DNA of 64,000 nt from Octopus sinensis (GCF_006345805.1 NC_042999.1:39928001-39992000), one strand, 5' to 3'; shown: positions 14,331-27,946, numbered from the stretch's first letter. Made by a program: numbers and translations. The notes: generated by a model from the letters alone, not told the origin.

Positions 14331-16576
14331 AAATAAAGTCCTCGCTAAATCGTGTGTCTTATATAGAATATATCTCTGTTAAATACCTCCTCTTTAACTA
14401 AGGTGTGTTGTGTCTGAATAACTTTCTTCCCAGGTTTGAATTCGTTTGCCGGTATTTGTTTCCTGTTCAAACAAGTGCGGAAGGTTTTAATATTTAGTAA
14501 TTTAGTCAGTTCTTACTCTAGTTGATCCTCTTTTGAATGAGGCACCTCGTTTTCGGAAGGATGATGCTGCGCGAATGGCACTTTTCTTAATCCCTACCAT
14601 TGAAGATAGGGAGATTTCTTCAACAGTATTGCTGTTAGAAGTGCAGCAGTGTTAATGATTATTTTCATCCTATTAAACATTCCGTGCAGAGTGAACTCAT
14701 ACGGTATATCCTGTCATATGTGTGTCACGTGAACGGTAAGCTGTGGGTGCTAAATTTCAATGTCTTGGTACCAGGTCTATATTCGTGGCAAGGGTTTATG
14801 GGGATTTTCTGCCTGTGATAAACACAATCGTTCACATATCAACAAAATTTACATGTTGTTACTTTTTCACCAACTTGACTAATAGCCAACGATTTCCTTC
14901 ACATTGACCCTATTGTTCCGGGATCTTAAATATGCAAGACCAGCGTTTGGACCGGGGGGTTCACATATAAAAGAAGCTTTCATTTTTCATCGAGTGCTGT
15001 TTTAAAGGTCACCCATATAATGCCATACCGCATTCTTCTTCCAATAAAGGTTCGCTTAAATTTAAGGACTCTCTCTAAGTCTCGAAACCCACGTAGCTTT
15101 GTCAAACTGCATGTACCTTATCTCCTCCTTATTGGCCGCCTCTGCGATGGTATATGTTCAATTGGCGTTTTTCTTAGGAATTTGACGTAAACAAACTCGA
15201 GGGCTTTCAACAAAATGTTTCATAATTTAACTTCTTTGAAGCAACAGTGGTATTTTTTAACTCTCGGGATCGCTGCTGATTTCTTTCTTGGTGAATATGC
15301 AGTTAAAACATTTGTGCTGTCAGTAAGTATATTTTGTTATTCTAAGAATTATGGAGGAGACGAGGAATGTCATTACTGTTTACAATTTTTGTCTTTTCTT
15401 CGTGTACCACTTGCGGTTTTGGCAGCTGCTTTGCATCTTTCAATGTCATTTCTTCTCGTGAAATACCGGGAAAACTGAGATGACATTCTCTCTTACAACC
15501 AGATGGAAGATAAAATATGAAAGTAGAATTGAAATACGACTTTGTTGCCTTGTTATGAGCACGGTTTTTTTTAAACATTCAACAGTCGATCGGGAGTTGA
15601 ATAAAATTACAATTGAAAATTACTGACTTCAATTTTACGTGTAAAACTTCTAGAATTCTAACAGAAAAATAGTAATAAGTGACAGTTGAATCTATTTACC
15701 ACGCTAGCGACGGATGAAGAATGTTTGTGAAAAGCTGGATACATGAACTGTGAATTCATGTAAATCACAAGAAGAGATCTAAAGTTACAAGATAGATGGA
15801 AGGCTAAATAGAATGGAACTTATATTACGTGCGGGGCTTTATAAGTAAAGTTATATAAATCATGTGAAGTGGATTGACGTCGGTTCAAATAGGTATATTG
15901 ACGCTAAACTAAACACTAAATACGTATTAAATTTTTTTAATAATTCAAAATTCAAGACGGGATATAATTTGCATTTGAAAATTACAAATATTACGGAACT
16001 TTTGATGCTGGCATTTTTCAATGTTCTGTGAGCAATTTTACTAATAAACTTCTTGCAATGCACATGTACCCATCCTCGGACACTGTATCAGATTCATACG
16101 TAGAAGAATTATCCGATATATTTTACCTACATATTCGCAAAGTATTATATTATATAGCTACACGCCTCCGGTTGTTAGAGGACTACAGTGAAGACCGTGT
16201 TTGTTTCTTTAATTCTGAGAAGCTGGCACCGCTTCCCATATATTCTTACATTTTCTTCTGCTTCAGCTTATTTCTGGGGTTTCCGTTTTTACAACTTTGG
16301 TTTTCAACATCCGTTTGGTCATTTGAGTTGTCTTGCATCTCCTTTTAATCTTCACAAGATTATAGAATAGTGCAGCGGTTATGATCAGATGAAATGTTTG
16401 TTGCCCACTTATTTGAAGGGCCGAACACGAGCTGACATCTTTCGTAATTTCCAAACATCTCTTTTTCTTTATGTGATATTTGAAATAATTTTTACTGAGT
16501 TAACTACACCCATTGCTTAACTCAATCATTAGCATATCCTTTGTCTAGGCAACGATAACGATTTCAATGATTCAAT

Positions 16577-17030
16577 GGCGGTGAGCTGGCAGAATCGTTA
16601 GCACGCCGGGCAAAATGCACATCAATATTTCTTCCGACGTCTCGTTCTGCGTTCAAATTCCACGGTGGTCGATTTTACCTTCCATCTTTTCGGTGTTGAT
16701 AAAACGAGTACCTATTTCTTTATTACCCACAAGGGGCTAAACACAGAGGGGACAAACAAGGACAGACAAACGGATTAAGTCGATTACATCGACCCCAGTG
16801 CGTAACTGGTACTTAATTTATCGACCCCGAAAGGATGAAAGGCAAAGTCGACCTCGGCGGAATTTGAACTCACAACGTAACGCAGACGAAATACCGCTAA
16901 GCATTTCGCCCGGCGTGCTAACGTTTCTGCCAGCTCGCCGCCTTAAAACGAGTACCACTTGAATACTGGAGACGATGTAATCCATTGACCCTACCCTAAA
17001 ATTGCTGGCCCGATGCCAAAATTTGAAAGC
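16577..17030 (+). mobile_element. Older SINE family B copy, interrupted by a younger family B copy
   Basis: GGCGGTGAGCTGGCAGAATCGTTAGCACGCCGGG head at 16577; its 3' part resumes after 16956. Confidence 0.8.
16713..16943 (-). mobile_element. Young full-length SINE family B monomer with 13-bp target-site duplication
   Basis: TAAAACGAGTACC at 16700-16712 and 16944-16956 flanks a copy closely matching 25689-26105. Confidence 0.92.
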
Positions 17031-17990
17031 AATATATTTCGTATTCAAATTTCTTGTAACGCAAATATGTTGAATCCATGTGTATTGGAAAACATCTAAT
17101 GTTGAAGCAAACTTTGTCGTTTCTAGACGAATCTCACAGCCATATTTCTATATGTAAAGCCACAAAAAAACTGGTGGAGCTCAGAAACAGCAGAGCTGCA
17201 GACAAAAGGCAATGAATGTATTCCACATTGTGATATAAAATTCCATTGATATCAACTTTCACAATAACTGAACGCTATACAATACTTTTAAGTACTTGGC
17301 TTCAAGTGAATTCGGAACGTAAGTTGCAATATAGTACCTGAGATATGATGACATTGTTAATACTTACAGCATGCCACGGCTGCTGAGTATTAAGTATTAT
17401 AAATAAGTACATCTCTTAAGAAAGCAAGACCGTATAGTGATGCAAGCAGTGCATTATTAATGAAGAGAACTACGAAGCTATAATCATGATGTTAAATGAT
17501 TATCATTTATGTTATTCCTAAATTTCAATATCTTGCAACGTGCATTTACAAACTTGAATGTTTACACTATTGACCATAAATTCAACGATACTGCTTATTC
17601 CTGGCCATTGTTTAGTATGAAAAACAAAATTATAACTTCCATAGAAAGAAATTAATATACTGCTTCAACCGTACATGAATAAAAATAATAGCACTACACT
17701 CTGATGTTAGAACTCCTGATTATATTTTTTTAAATAATACAGTGCCAGTAATAATTGAACTCATTGAATAGAGGTATACCAAAAAATGCCAGTAAAAATA
17801 ATAGAACAGTCTACAGCATGTTATGAATCCGATGTGATAGAAAGAATAGATATGGCATAATAAATCCCATCGACTAATGAAATGTTAAGGTAAACTGACT
17901 GAAATCCATAGGAGATGAATTTTGACCAGGTTTAATAAAAATAGAGGCATGTAATTTCGGCAAGTAGTATTTTGGGGAAACCCATTCGAC

Positions 17991-18069
<79 letters not shown>

Positions 18070-18155
18070 CATACACACACACACACACGCGCACGTATAT
18101 ATATATATACACACACATATATATATGTATGTGTGTATGTGTGTGTACACAATCT

Positions 18156-18200
<45 letters not shown>

Positions 18201-19050
18201 GATATGTATTTACACAAACATAAACGAGCTTACGGAGGGAAACACACATGCCCCGTAGACAAATATCTAGAAAAGCATGTATGTGTATTTATTTGTGTGT
18301 GTTTTTATACATAGTACATGCATAAGCACATAATACTGCATGATCCATTTGTTTTTCCTTTGGTTTTTAGATTTTTTTTTTATGTCTTCAGATAATTTCA
18401 AGCAAGCTTAAACATAATTAGTTTTCGCACATATTTGGGCAAAATAATATTCTGGTTGGCCGAACGTATATAAGCTTACATTGTATTTATTTGTGTAATG
18501 AATTGCCTTGCTTTACTGAATATAATTCTCCACTCTACTGTATAGGATGTAATTTTCCTATACAATACAACAATCCAAATATACGAAGAAAAAATATCGG
18601 AAAGAAAAGCAATAAACAAAAAAGAATCAACAATAATCCAAGCCCTATCTATCGTTCCAATGGATAGGTGAAAAGGGTAAAAGAAAGGAGACATGTTATG
18701 TTTCTGTTTTCATTTTACGTTTTATATTGTAGTATACTTGTTTGAATTTGTGTGCGATAGTAAATTAATATTAGTTTTTCGTTCCTTGTTCACGTTAGGG
18801 TTTTTATTTTTAATATTGTATTGTAGTTCATTTTCTCATCATCTAAAGTATAAGTATGCCGGCAGGAATCTATGCATTGTACGATTTTATTGTTCGCTTC
18901 AAAGACAATACAATATAATAGCCAAGAATTCCATGTAAGAATGCAGTCAGAACGGATAGGTATATCGATAGTTAGTTAAATTGATGAATATATCGGCATG
19001 CAGACAGGTAGAAAGATAGGTAACTAAACTAGGTAAAGCGATACACACAT

Positions 19051-19085
<35 letters not shown>

Positions 19086-19124
19086 ATATATATATATATA
19101 TTATATATATATATATATATTTAT

Positions 19125-19126
<2 letters not shown>

Positions 19127-19186
<60 letters not shown>

Positions 19187-19457
19187 GGAGAGGTAGATAG
19201 GTAGGTAGATAGATAGATAGATAGAAAGATAGATAGATAGATAGACAGACACAAAGACAGATATATAGATACGTATATATATAGAGAGATAGAGAGTGAG
19301 ATAGTTACATAGATTAATAGATAGATAAAGAGACAGATAAATAGAGAGATAGATAAACAGACACGTAGACAGTCAGACAGACAGTGAGACAGACAGACAG
19401 ACTGATTGATAGAGTGATTGATAGAAAGATAGATAGAGAGATAGATAAATAGTTACT

Positions 19458-19503
<46 letters not shown>

Positions 19504-19504
19504 T

Positions 19505-19536
<32 letters not shown>

Positions 19537-19565
19537 CTAGATAGATAGATAGAGAGAGAGATAGA
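19127..19565. repeat. (AGAT)n/(AGAC)n tetranucleotide array
   Basis: Direct reading; a complementary (ATCT)n array lies at about 37935-38080. Confidence 0.95.
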
Positions 19566-19744
19566 CAAAGGAACGACAACTGCGGTGCATCTTCCTGGTA
19601 GCCCACTTTAAGACAGCATCAGTAAGTCTGAAGTTGTTTGCATGTATTGCACATGTGCACATTCACCAACGGGATATTGAAGCATATCGCTCTCCCCGCG
19701 AACATATTCCAGCCATTAGCACTCTAACAGATTGTTTTATAGCA

Positions 19745-20122
19745 ATACTAGCAGTATCGCCCGGCGTTGCTCGGGTTTGTAAGGGAAATAACTATAAAGC
19801 ATTTTTAGAGAGTTATAGCCAAAAAATGGAAAAAAAATTATGGTAATTTTTTTTTTAGTTAAAAAGGTCGAGTTGCGTCCCCTAGACAGTCTGTGGTTTG
19901 TGTTTCTGATTCTCGACCCCATGTCGAATTTATCGATTTTTTTCAGAACTGGGGGAACTTTTCAAAATTTTCGCTGCGTTAGTTATGAATTATGACATTG
20001 GGCTATGTGTGTGTCAAGTTTCATCAGAATCGGTTGAAAGCCGTGGTCAGGGTGAGGGTACAAGCAAACAGACACACAGACACGCACACAGACAAACTGC
20101 CGTTTATATATAGAGAGAAGAT
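19745..20122 (+). mobile_element. Non-autonomous Helitron/Helentron-like element (Lep1/HINE-like)
   Basis: Starts ATACTAGCAGTATCGCCCGGCGTTGCTCGGG; 3' part AAGTTTCATCAGAATCGG...(ACAG/ACAC)n...TTTATATATAGAG..GAT, an architecture typical of these elements. Confidence 0.6.
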
Positions 20123-20401
20123 GTATATACTCGGAAATACATCTAAGAAACTTTTTTTTCCTACAAACTACTAGCATGATCCCTTTACGCACATGCCTAG
20201 TGCGTATATAAACTTTTTGAACCATTTCATTGTACTTCGAACAATGCGCCTTGATTTCCTCTGACTTTATTAAAATTGTTAACGTTTCTATATATTTAGA
20301 GATTTGGCTTAATATTGGGAAATATTTTACAATATTAATCCGAAGAGGTATCTATAACATTCCATCTAACTACAAATTTGATCCTACCAAAGTTGTCAAG
20401 T

Positions 20402-21302
20402 CGAACAGGGGGTACCCAAAAGTAAGTGGAAACGTTCTGTGAGACAAGCCCGTGGTAGATCGGTTTTTTTGCAGCTAGAAACCACTTAATGCGACGCTCG
20501 AGTATCAGTCTGCCGACCGGCATTGTCCTCTGGGTTTGTTCTAGCATGTAGTACGTCTGTGTTTTGCAGCGCTTTTCCCTTGTTCGTCAATTTTTAAGAG
20601 GGCTGAAACGCAGTAATATCATGCTTCTGTGAAATTCTCTTTTTCCCTGGGGAAAACGGCGGCCGAAACAGTTCTCATGCTTCAAACAGGTTACAAGGAC
20701 ATTGCCATGGGCAAAACACAGGTTTACGATTGGTTTCCACACGCTTTAGAAATGGTCACTTTTTGTTTGAAGACCCACGTCGATCAAGTCTACCGTCGAC
20801 CCATCGAACGATTGAAAACCTCATGATAATTCATGAACTGATCTTGAAGAACCATCATCGAACAATTGACAAACTTCTTGATATGACTAGTGTTTCGTAG
20901 ATCTCCTGCCAACGGATTTTGAATGGAAAAGGTTGCAGCAAAACCTGAGCCATGCATGCTCACCGATTATCAAAAGTAGTCACGACTGTATGAGTGTCGT
21001 GAACTGAAGAAAAGAAAACAGTTGGAAATTGATCCGGGTCTTTTTTTGAAGGTCATCATTGATGATGAAAGCTGTTGAAAGAGGTGAACAACGCAAAATA
21101 ATATTGCCTACAAAACAGCCTTATGTTCGAGTTCGTCTGCGAATAAAGCTTTCTAATGACCCTTGACTGGTTGATGCCTAGCGGCCGAACTTCCCTTTTC
21201 GCACCGCCAGCCCCATTGCATTTATTCTCAATCCCAGTGAACAACAAATAGTGGACAACGCAATGTGTAAAATTTCGGTTACTTTTGGGTACCCCATTCC
21301 TA
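20402..21302 (+). mobile_element. Internally deleted mariner transposon with both TIRs
   Basis: 17-bp perfect inverted match GGGGTACCCAAAAGTAA (20409-20425) / TTACTTTTGGGTACCCC (21279-21295); fragments KFSFSLGKTAAETVLMLQTGYKDIAMGKTQVYDWF and KVIIDDES. Confidence 0.9.
21093..21236. repeat. Unclassified ~145-bp dispersed repeat, copy 1 (inside mariner, flanked by a 9-bp direct repeat)
   Basis: About 90% identical by eye to 26804-26949; GTGAACAAC at 21084-21092 and 21237-21245. Confidence 0.85.
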
Positions 21303-23352
21303 TATGCTCTGTTCTTTATCTTTCGTCTCAAGTAAGTCTTCAGGAAAATTTGACGTACTGCTTCACTCACCTGAAAATCTACAGCAGTGGTGCTGTCGTT
21401 GGAATCAAAACACTTGCACTAAACATCGTCATATATTTTACTGACATGTCTATGAGCCCACGCAAAATTGCTCATCAGCAAATAATCATACGCATTTCAT
21501 TTCATTCAAGGCAAAGACCTTATGCTTCATCTCCTCAGTTCGAACGAAACTACAGCGCTGTCTGCTACTGCAAAAAAAAATAAAAGAAATCTTGCTTCGT
21601 AATAATCACATGGAGTCTTTTTGAGGTTCATATTAAAAAGTAACCCGTACAGCAAATGTATCAGGCTTTGATTTGTGCAGTGTGACTAAATAATTAGCAA
21701 TAAATAACATAAGCTTGACCAATGATTTTACCTAATTCCTTATTACATATTGATATTTAACATGTCATAATCTTGTTTCAAACGTAGTTTTATGAAACAG
21801 TAGTATGTGATCGGATAATAACACTACTCAGATTATGCAGTCTTCCCTCAAAAGTCAATGATTTGCTAAGTGATATGTTTCACTGACAAAAATACCATTC
21901 CGCAATGAAGAGCATAAATTCAGCACACGTGGAATAAACAAGAGAAATAGACAATACACACACATCATATATTAATAAATATAGAATATTATGTAAAGAA
22001 ACGATTATTCTGAAATTGTGCTAGAGATACAGAAACGGCAGCGTTATGAATAAACAGCAATGTTGATATCATTAAAAATTAAGTACGTTGATAGACATAG
22101 AGAAATTGAAAAAGTGATAGCGAGACGATATAAGCATTAACCTCTTCGTGTAAAATTTAAATATTCATATAAACATGAAAGAATATGGTCATAACTTTCG
22201 TTTTGAACAACGTAGTATCTGTTCAAAATGATAGTTGGTATTTTCTTTTAACAGTAAGAGATATTTTCTGTGAATTAATCAGATTTTAACGCAATTTATA
22301 TTTCGGGTATTGGAAAAGAAACTGTAAAATAGCAGGAAGCTTAACAAGACTATAATTTCGTGTTACAATAAAATCCACTGCAAAATTCCAGCAGTAATTT
22401 TATTATATCCAGATATTAATACCCTAGTTGATCGAATGATATTCGTTTACCGTAACAAAACACCCAATAGTAAATATGCAGAAAAATAAATAATAAAAGT
22501 TAAAAAACAAAAATAATAACCATTCGTCTTCTGGAGCTAATAATTACAATATTGCAAATAACCCCATCTCTACAACACATTTTGTCAGCAATCTAATATT
22601 TATTAAAATTACTCATACAATTTTTTCTCATCTCCTTGTTGATATAAGCTTCTGAAATATCGTTTATAAATCAAATATTATTCATCTATAAACATACTTT
22701 GCTTTAGTTAATCTTCTTTCAGATTATATCAAGATGATATGATGTATATTTTTGATTGCATTACGGTTAGAGTTTTCTCTTTCAGATAATTACGTTGAGA
22801 TTTCTACGATTCCACTGCTCGATTTCACTCAAATAATCAATGTGAAGTAATATTTTGATTAAATTCCGAAGGATATTATTAACTTCAGATCACTGAACGG
22901 CTTCTTTGGGCGGGTGGAATATAAGGTATTTATTTCGAAATCAACATTTATTGTGTTGTTTTACTGGAGATATTTTCTAGTAATTTGTTTATGTGATTGC
23001 AACGAAATTTAGATCTACAAATAAACGCGAATCGAAGAACAGCCATCGATTTAGGTGAACATTTTGTGTCATTTAGCGACATTTACAGAATAAATTTGAG
23101 TGAAACTTTCACATAATTTTCATTATATATTTTCAGTCACGCTACTGATACACTGCAGAAGCTACTGTTGCTGCTGCTGCTGCTTCTTCTACTACTATCT
23201 CAATAACTACTATTACTATTGCTGCTGCTGTTTTATTAGCAGTGTTAATATATATACATACATACAGTCACATAATAGAGTAACGTCCATTTTATAGACC
23301 CAGAGTCACACACAGGCATTCTCCCTGTCAAATACGTATGTTTGTATGTATA

Positions 23353-23620
23353 GAGTGTGTTCGGGATAAATTTGACAGTATCACATCCAAATATAAGTGT
23401 ATTTTTAAACAATCAAAATGTATAAACTGCATGCAAATAATGGTTTACCCAACTTTAACCACGGCATGAAAGCCAGTACGCAACCTGGTGCATGCATTCT
23501 TTATTGTATCCTGGGAAGATCTTCGAACACCTCCTTGATCTTGGTCATGATCTCGGCATTAGTGTTGTAGGCAGAAGAGTTGGTATCTTTCTCAAGCCCT
23601 GTTCATAGATGTAGGGCGGT
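23353..23620 (-). mobile_element. 3' fragment of a Tc1/mariner-superfamily (maT/DD37D-like) transposon
   Basis: Minus translation EKDTNSSAYNTNAEIMTKIKEVFEDLPR...NACTRLRTGFHAVVKVG resembles these transposase C-termini. Confidence 0.6.
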
Positions 23621-24044
23621 ATGACGTCACTCTCACTGAAGTGACACTCAAAGACAATTACAATTTGGGAAAACTTGGTTTGCATGATATTCATGTTACC
23701 TCGTTTACAGCCCTTACAGAGAATTGAGCTGTTTGTTATGATGTTGATATTTTTTTATGCCCAGCGCATCATCATAATACCGGTATCTCTTTTTAACATC
23801 CGCAGCTATCATGTACGTTTACAAGTCCTTGATTTGTCCTTCTATCGAATACTGTTGTCCTATTTGGCCAGTTACCCATTTTGTCACTTGGATCATTGGA
23901 ATGGGTCCCGGAACAAGTCTCTGATTTGATTCGTCCCGATCCTGCTTCAACCCTAAACTCTTGTGATATCCACGTGCGTCGACAGTCTTCCTATCTATCG
24001 ACGCACGTCAAAACACAGGAAGAGCTTTGGTGAACTGTCTCTCT

Positions 24045-24090
<46 letters not shown>

Positions 24091-24254
24091 ATTCCAAATC
24101 ACTCTGGGCCATTTCACCTAACCCGAAACACACAGCGTTTTAATCTAAATGCCGTCGTGCTTCCACGAAAAAGAAAGCATTTCTATGATTGTAGCTTTAT
24201 TCCCCGAACTGCTAAAGTTGGGATTCTCTTCTATCTCATTGTTTTCCTTCTTCT

Positions 24255-24636
24255 TATTTCTTTATTACCCACGAGGTGTTAAACATATAGGAGACAAAGA
24301 AGGACAGTGCATAACTGGTACTTAATTTATCGACCCCGAAAGTATAAAAGACAAAGTTGAGATCGGTGGAATTTGAACTCAGAAAGTAGCGGCAGACGAA
24401 ATACCTATTTCTTTACTACCCACAAGGGGCTAAACACAGAGGGGACAAACAAGGACAGACAAACGGATTAAGTCGATTATATCGACCCCAGTGCGCAACT
24501 AGTACTTATTGAATCGACTCCGAAAGGATGAAAGGCAAAGTCGACCTCGGCGGAATTTGAACTCAGAACGTAACGGCAGACGAAATACCGCTAAGCATTT
24601 CGCCCGGCGTGCTAATGTTTCCACCATCTGGCCGTC
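24255..24636 (-). mobile_element. Dimeric SINE family B
   Basis: One head plus two tandem bodies; junction (minus strand) AAAGAAATAGGTATTTCGTCTGCC. Confidence 0.88.
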
Positions 24637-25688
24637 TCTTTTCCTTATTCTTACGACATGAATTCCTTCAAGTCTAAAGCAAATTTAGTCCATTTGTATT
24701 ATTTTTCCTTCTTCATACTCCCTTTGCACTAAGTGTCCTCTCGCCATCTTTGGAAAGTTAAAAAAAAAAAGAGGTAACAAAAATAGATAGGCTACAACTA
24801 AACTCAAATGCTTTCTAATATAGGTGTAAGACATGGCCGACTTTGCCTTATCGACTTAGCCCCTCACCGGATATTGCATGTCCGGCACCAAATTATGAAA
24901 CCCATACAAATGTAAGGACAGAAAATTGATGGGAAAATGGTTAGCCGGTATCTCTATCTCAGTGTTCAAATGGCATTTTATATTAATCACAAAACGTCGA
25001 ACTTGGTGAAATCTGAACACAACGTAAAGCCGGAAGAAATGGCATTGAACATTTTGTACGATGTGCTTACGATTCTGCTTCCGTAATGGTAGTAATAGTT
25101 ATTTCTAACATAGGTAGAAAAGTAGCAACGTTGATGGAAGGAGCAAATCGATTAAAACGATCCCAGTTTGACGCTCATAATTGCTTTATCGATACTGAAA
25201 GTGTCAGAGGCAACTCAACCTGGACAGAAGTTGAACTCAAAATGCAGCTACGAATTTTGATGAACGCGCTAGAGACTCTATGTGCAAGTTGATTTAACAT
25301 TTGTAACAATAGTTTGTTTCTGCTGGAAAACACACATGCCCTTTCATGCGTTCCAATATTTATGCATTTTATTCCAAAACATGCGAATTTAAGAGTGAAG
25401 TTATGCAGAAATGTTGGAAGATAAAGAACAAAGAAACTTATCCAACATATCATGACACATCTGATTTCTGTAAATTTCATAAAAATATTTGTACACACTG
25501 AATTAAAACCTAAACAAACAAAATGAAAGCATCTCACCCTGAGAGATCTGAGAAGACGGCACCCATGTTTTATATCTTAGCTATCCAATTACAAACTTCG
25601 TCTGTCCGCTGTGAGAAGACGAGGTTCCTGAAAAAGACTGTATGCAGCATTTTCATTGTATCGAAATATAACAGAAATCAGCAAGCCA

Positions 25689-26105
25689 AGGCGGCGAGCT
25701 GGCAGAATCGTTAGCATGCCGGGCGAAATGCTTAGCGTATTTCGTCGGCCGCTACGTTCTGAGTTCAAATTCCGCCGAGGCCGACTTAGCCTTTCATTCT
25801 TTCAGGGTCGATTCAATAAGTACCAGTTACGCACTGGGGTCGATATAATCAACTTAATTCGTTTGTCTGTCCTTGTTTGTCTTCTCTGTGTTTAGCCCCT
25901 TGTGGGTAGTAAAGAAATAGGTATTTCGTCTGCCGTTACGTTCTGAGTTCAAATTCCGCCGAGGTCGACTTTGCCTTTCATCCTTTCGGGGGTCGATAAA
26001 TTAAGTACTAGTTACGCACTGGGGTCGATGTAATCGACGTAATCCCGTTGTCTGTCCTTGTTTCTCCATTCTATGTTTAGCCCCTTGCTAGCAATAAAGA
26101 AATAA
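25689..26105 (+). mobile_element. Dimeric SINE family B
   Basis: AGGCGGCGAGCTGGCAGAATCGTTAGC head, B-box-like GAGTTCAAATTCC in both units, same junction as the 24255-24636 copy. Confidence 0.9.
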
Positions 26106-26803
26106 GAAATCATCAAGCCTTAATTTATTTAGAAATGAAATTTGATAACATATAAAGGGAGTTTTCTTTGTACGCACTATATAATAGAAATAACGTCCCT
26201 TAATTCTGCTCTTCATATTTAACTACATCCTGTATGTCATTTAAATTTACTGTTTTCCAAATCCCCGAAACTTCATACATTTTCAAGAAAAAGATATACA
26301 TTTACATGTACACTCGATTAGCTTTTCTGTTAGCTTTTCCTTTTAGATGTCAACTTATTTTTCTCTCTTTTCCTCTGTTCAGTGCCTTTCAACAGCATGT
26401 CAGTTTTGTTTTGCTTTTCTTTTCTTTGTTCTTCTTTTCCATATCGTTGCAAGTCAAAAGCTTGATAGTACCAGTAATGAACCGGAAAGTTTGACTTTGA
26501 TCATTGGTTTGTTTCGGATCGAAAACGAAGCGATTTCTTCCGCACTTTCCAGGCAGCTACTTTTGGTTTAACAGGAACCTGCCGTGACCTGCTGTGCGTG
26601 CATATCTCTTGCTTGTAGTAATAGTAGTAGTAGTAATGATGGTGGTGATGGTAGTGGTGCTGGTGCTGGTGGAGGTGGTTTTAATAATGTTGATGATAGT
26701 TGTTGTGGTGACTCTTGTTCTTTGTAGTTCAGTACATCTATGAAAAAAAATATATATTTAATGTTGCAATGTTGTAAATATTTAATACTGCGAAACATTA
26801 TAC

Positions 26804-26949
26804 ACAAAATAATATTGCCTACAAAACAGCCTTATGTTCGAGTTCGTCTGCGAATAAGGCTTTCTAATGACCCTTAACTGGTTGATGCCTAACGGCCGAA
26901 CTTTTCTTTTCGCTCCGCAAGCCCCATTGCATTTATTCTTAATCCCAGT
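26804..26949. repeat. Unclassified ~145-bp dispersed repeat, copy 2
   Basis: Direct repeat of 21093-21236 (CAAAATAATATTGCCTACAAAACAGCCTTATGTTCGAGTTCGTCTGCGAATAA...). Confidence 0.85.
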
Positions 26950-27616
26950 ACGAAGATACAGAGTCCCTGCCAGCCCACGGACATGCCACCTGATTGCGTG
27001 ATGTTTCTAACCACTGGGCACTTCCCATTGCATTTTATGATATAGGACTAGCATGCTTCAACATTCTTACGGTAAGCTTTATTTCGACCGGTAATTTTAG
27101 CATATATTCTGCTGTAAGTAATTTTATTCTAATAGTAAAGTTTGCATAATTTTAGTACGTTTCGTTTTATAATTTACAATTTCGCTGTTGTGTTATTAAT
27201 AATGACAATTTTTAATATATTGATTATTCTATTTTATAACCATTTGTGTCTATCAAACATTTATTCTGACATTTTTTTCTGGAGGGTACGTATCCGTTTC
27301 TACTATTTCAAGTAAGCATATTTTACTTCCAATCCAATGGGAAAAGCCATTTTTGATTTATGAAAACGCAAATACATTTTACAGAAATGTTGTATATTTT
27401 AAACAAAGATGTTGAAACGGAAGCACTTCAGACTAGCTTTCTTTGCTATCCTATGTGTATTGCTTGAAGTGATTTCGCTTGTTACCTATATTCTGCGTTT
27501 ACATTATTTCCGTAATAGATTTAAACAAGCACCGTGCAGTCAGCTCTTATTGCATTGCTTAAGTTGAAAGATAATGGAACTCTGGAAGTCAATACTGACG
27601 CACACACAATAAAAGG

Positions 27617-27946
27617 TGAAGACCCACTTTGGTCATAAATGACCATGGGACAGCACCTAGAAGTTCCTCGCAAAGGCAAAAGTCCGGGCAAGGTTGTTTA
27701 TGGAAGACCAACAGTCGCCCATGCATATCAGGGTCCCTTTCCACGCTACCAATATTATCCGAGGGAAAGGCAAAGGCCGATAAATTTGGCACTCGTGACA
27801 TCGTAACTCATTTCTACTGCTGAGTGAACTGGAGCAACGTGAAACAAAAAGTGTCTTGCTTAAGAACACAACATACAGCCCGGTCCGGGAATGCATCTCA
27901 CCACGTCATAATTTTAAACCCAACTCACTGATCACTAAGCCATGCG
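27617..27946 (-). mobile_element. SINE family D (tRNA-like head, TTAAGCAAGACAC central domain)
   Basis: Minus strand begins GCATGGCTTAGTGATCAGTGAG (A-box-like), then a decayed B-box region and the central motif CTTAAGCAAGACACTT. Confidence 0.65.

Noticed and set aside
15060-15560. Protein-like minus-strand fragments (HIPSQRRPIRRR...KLRGF)
   Set aside because: Multiple stops in all frames and no family I can name.
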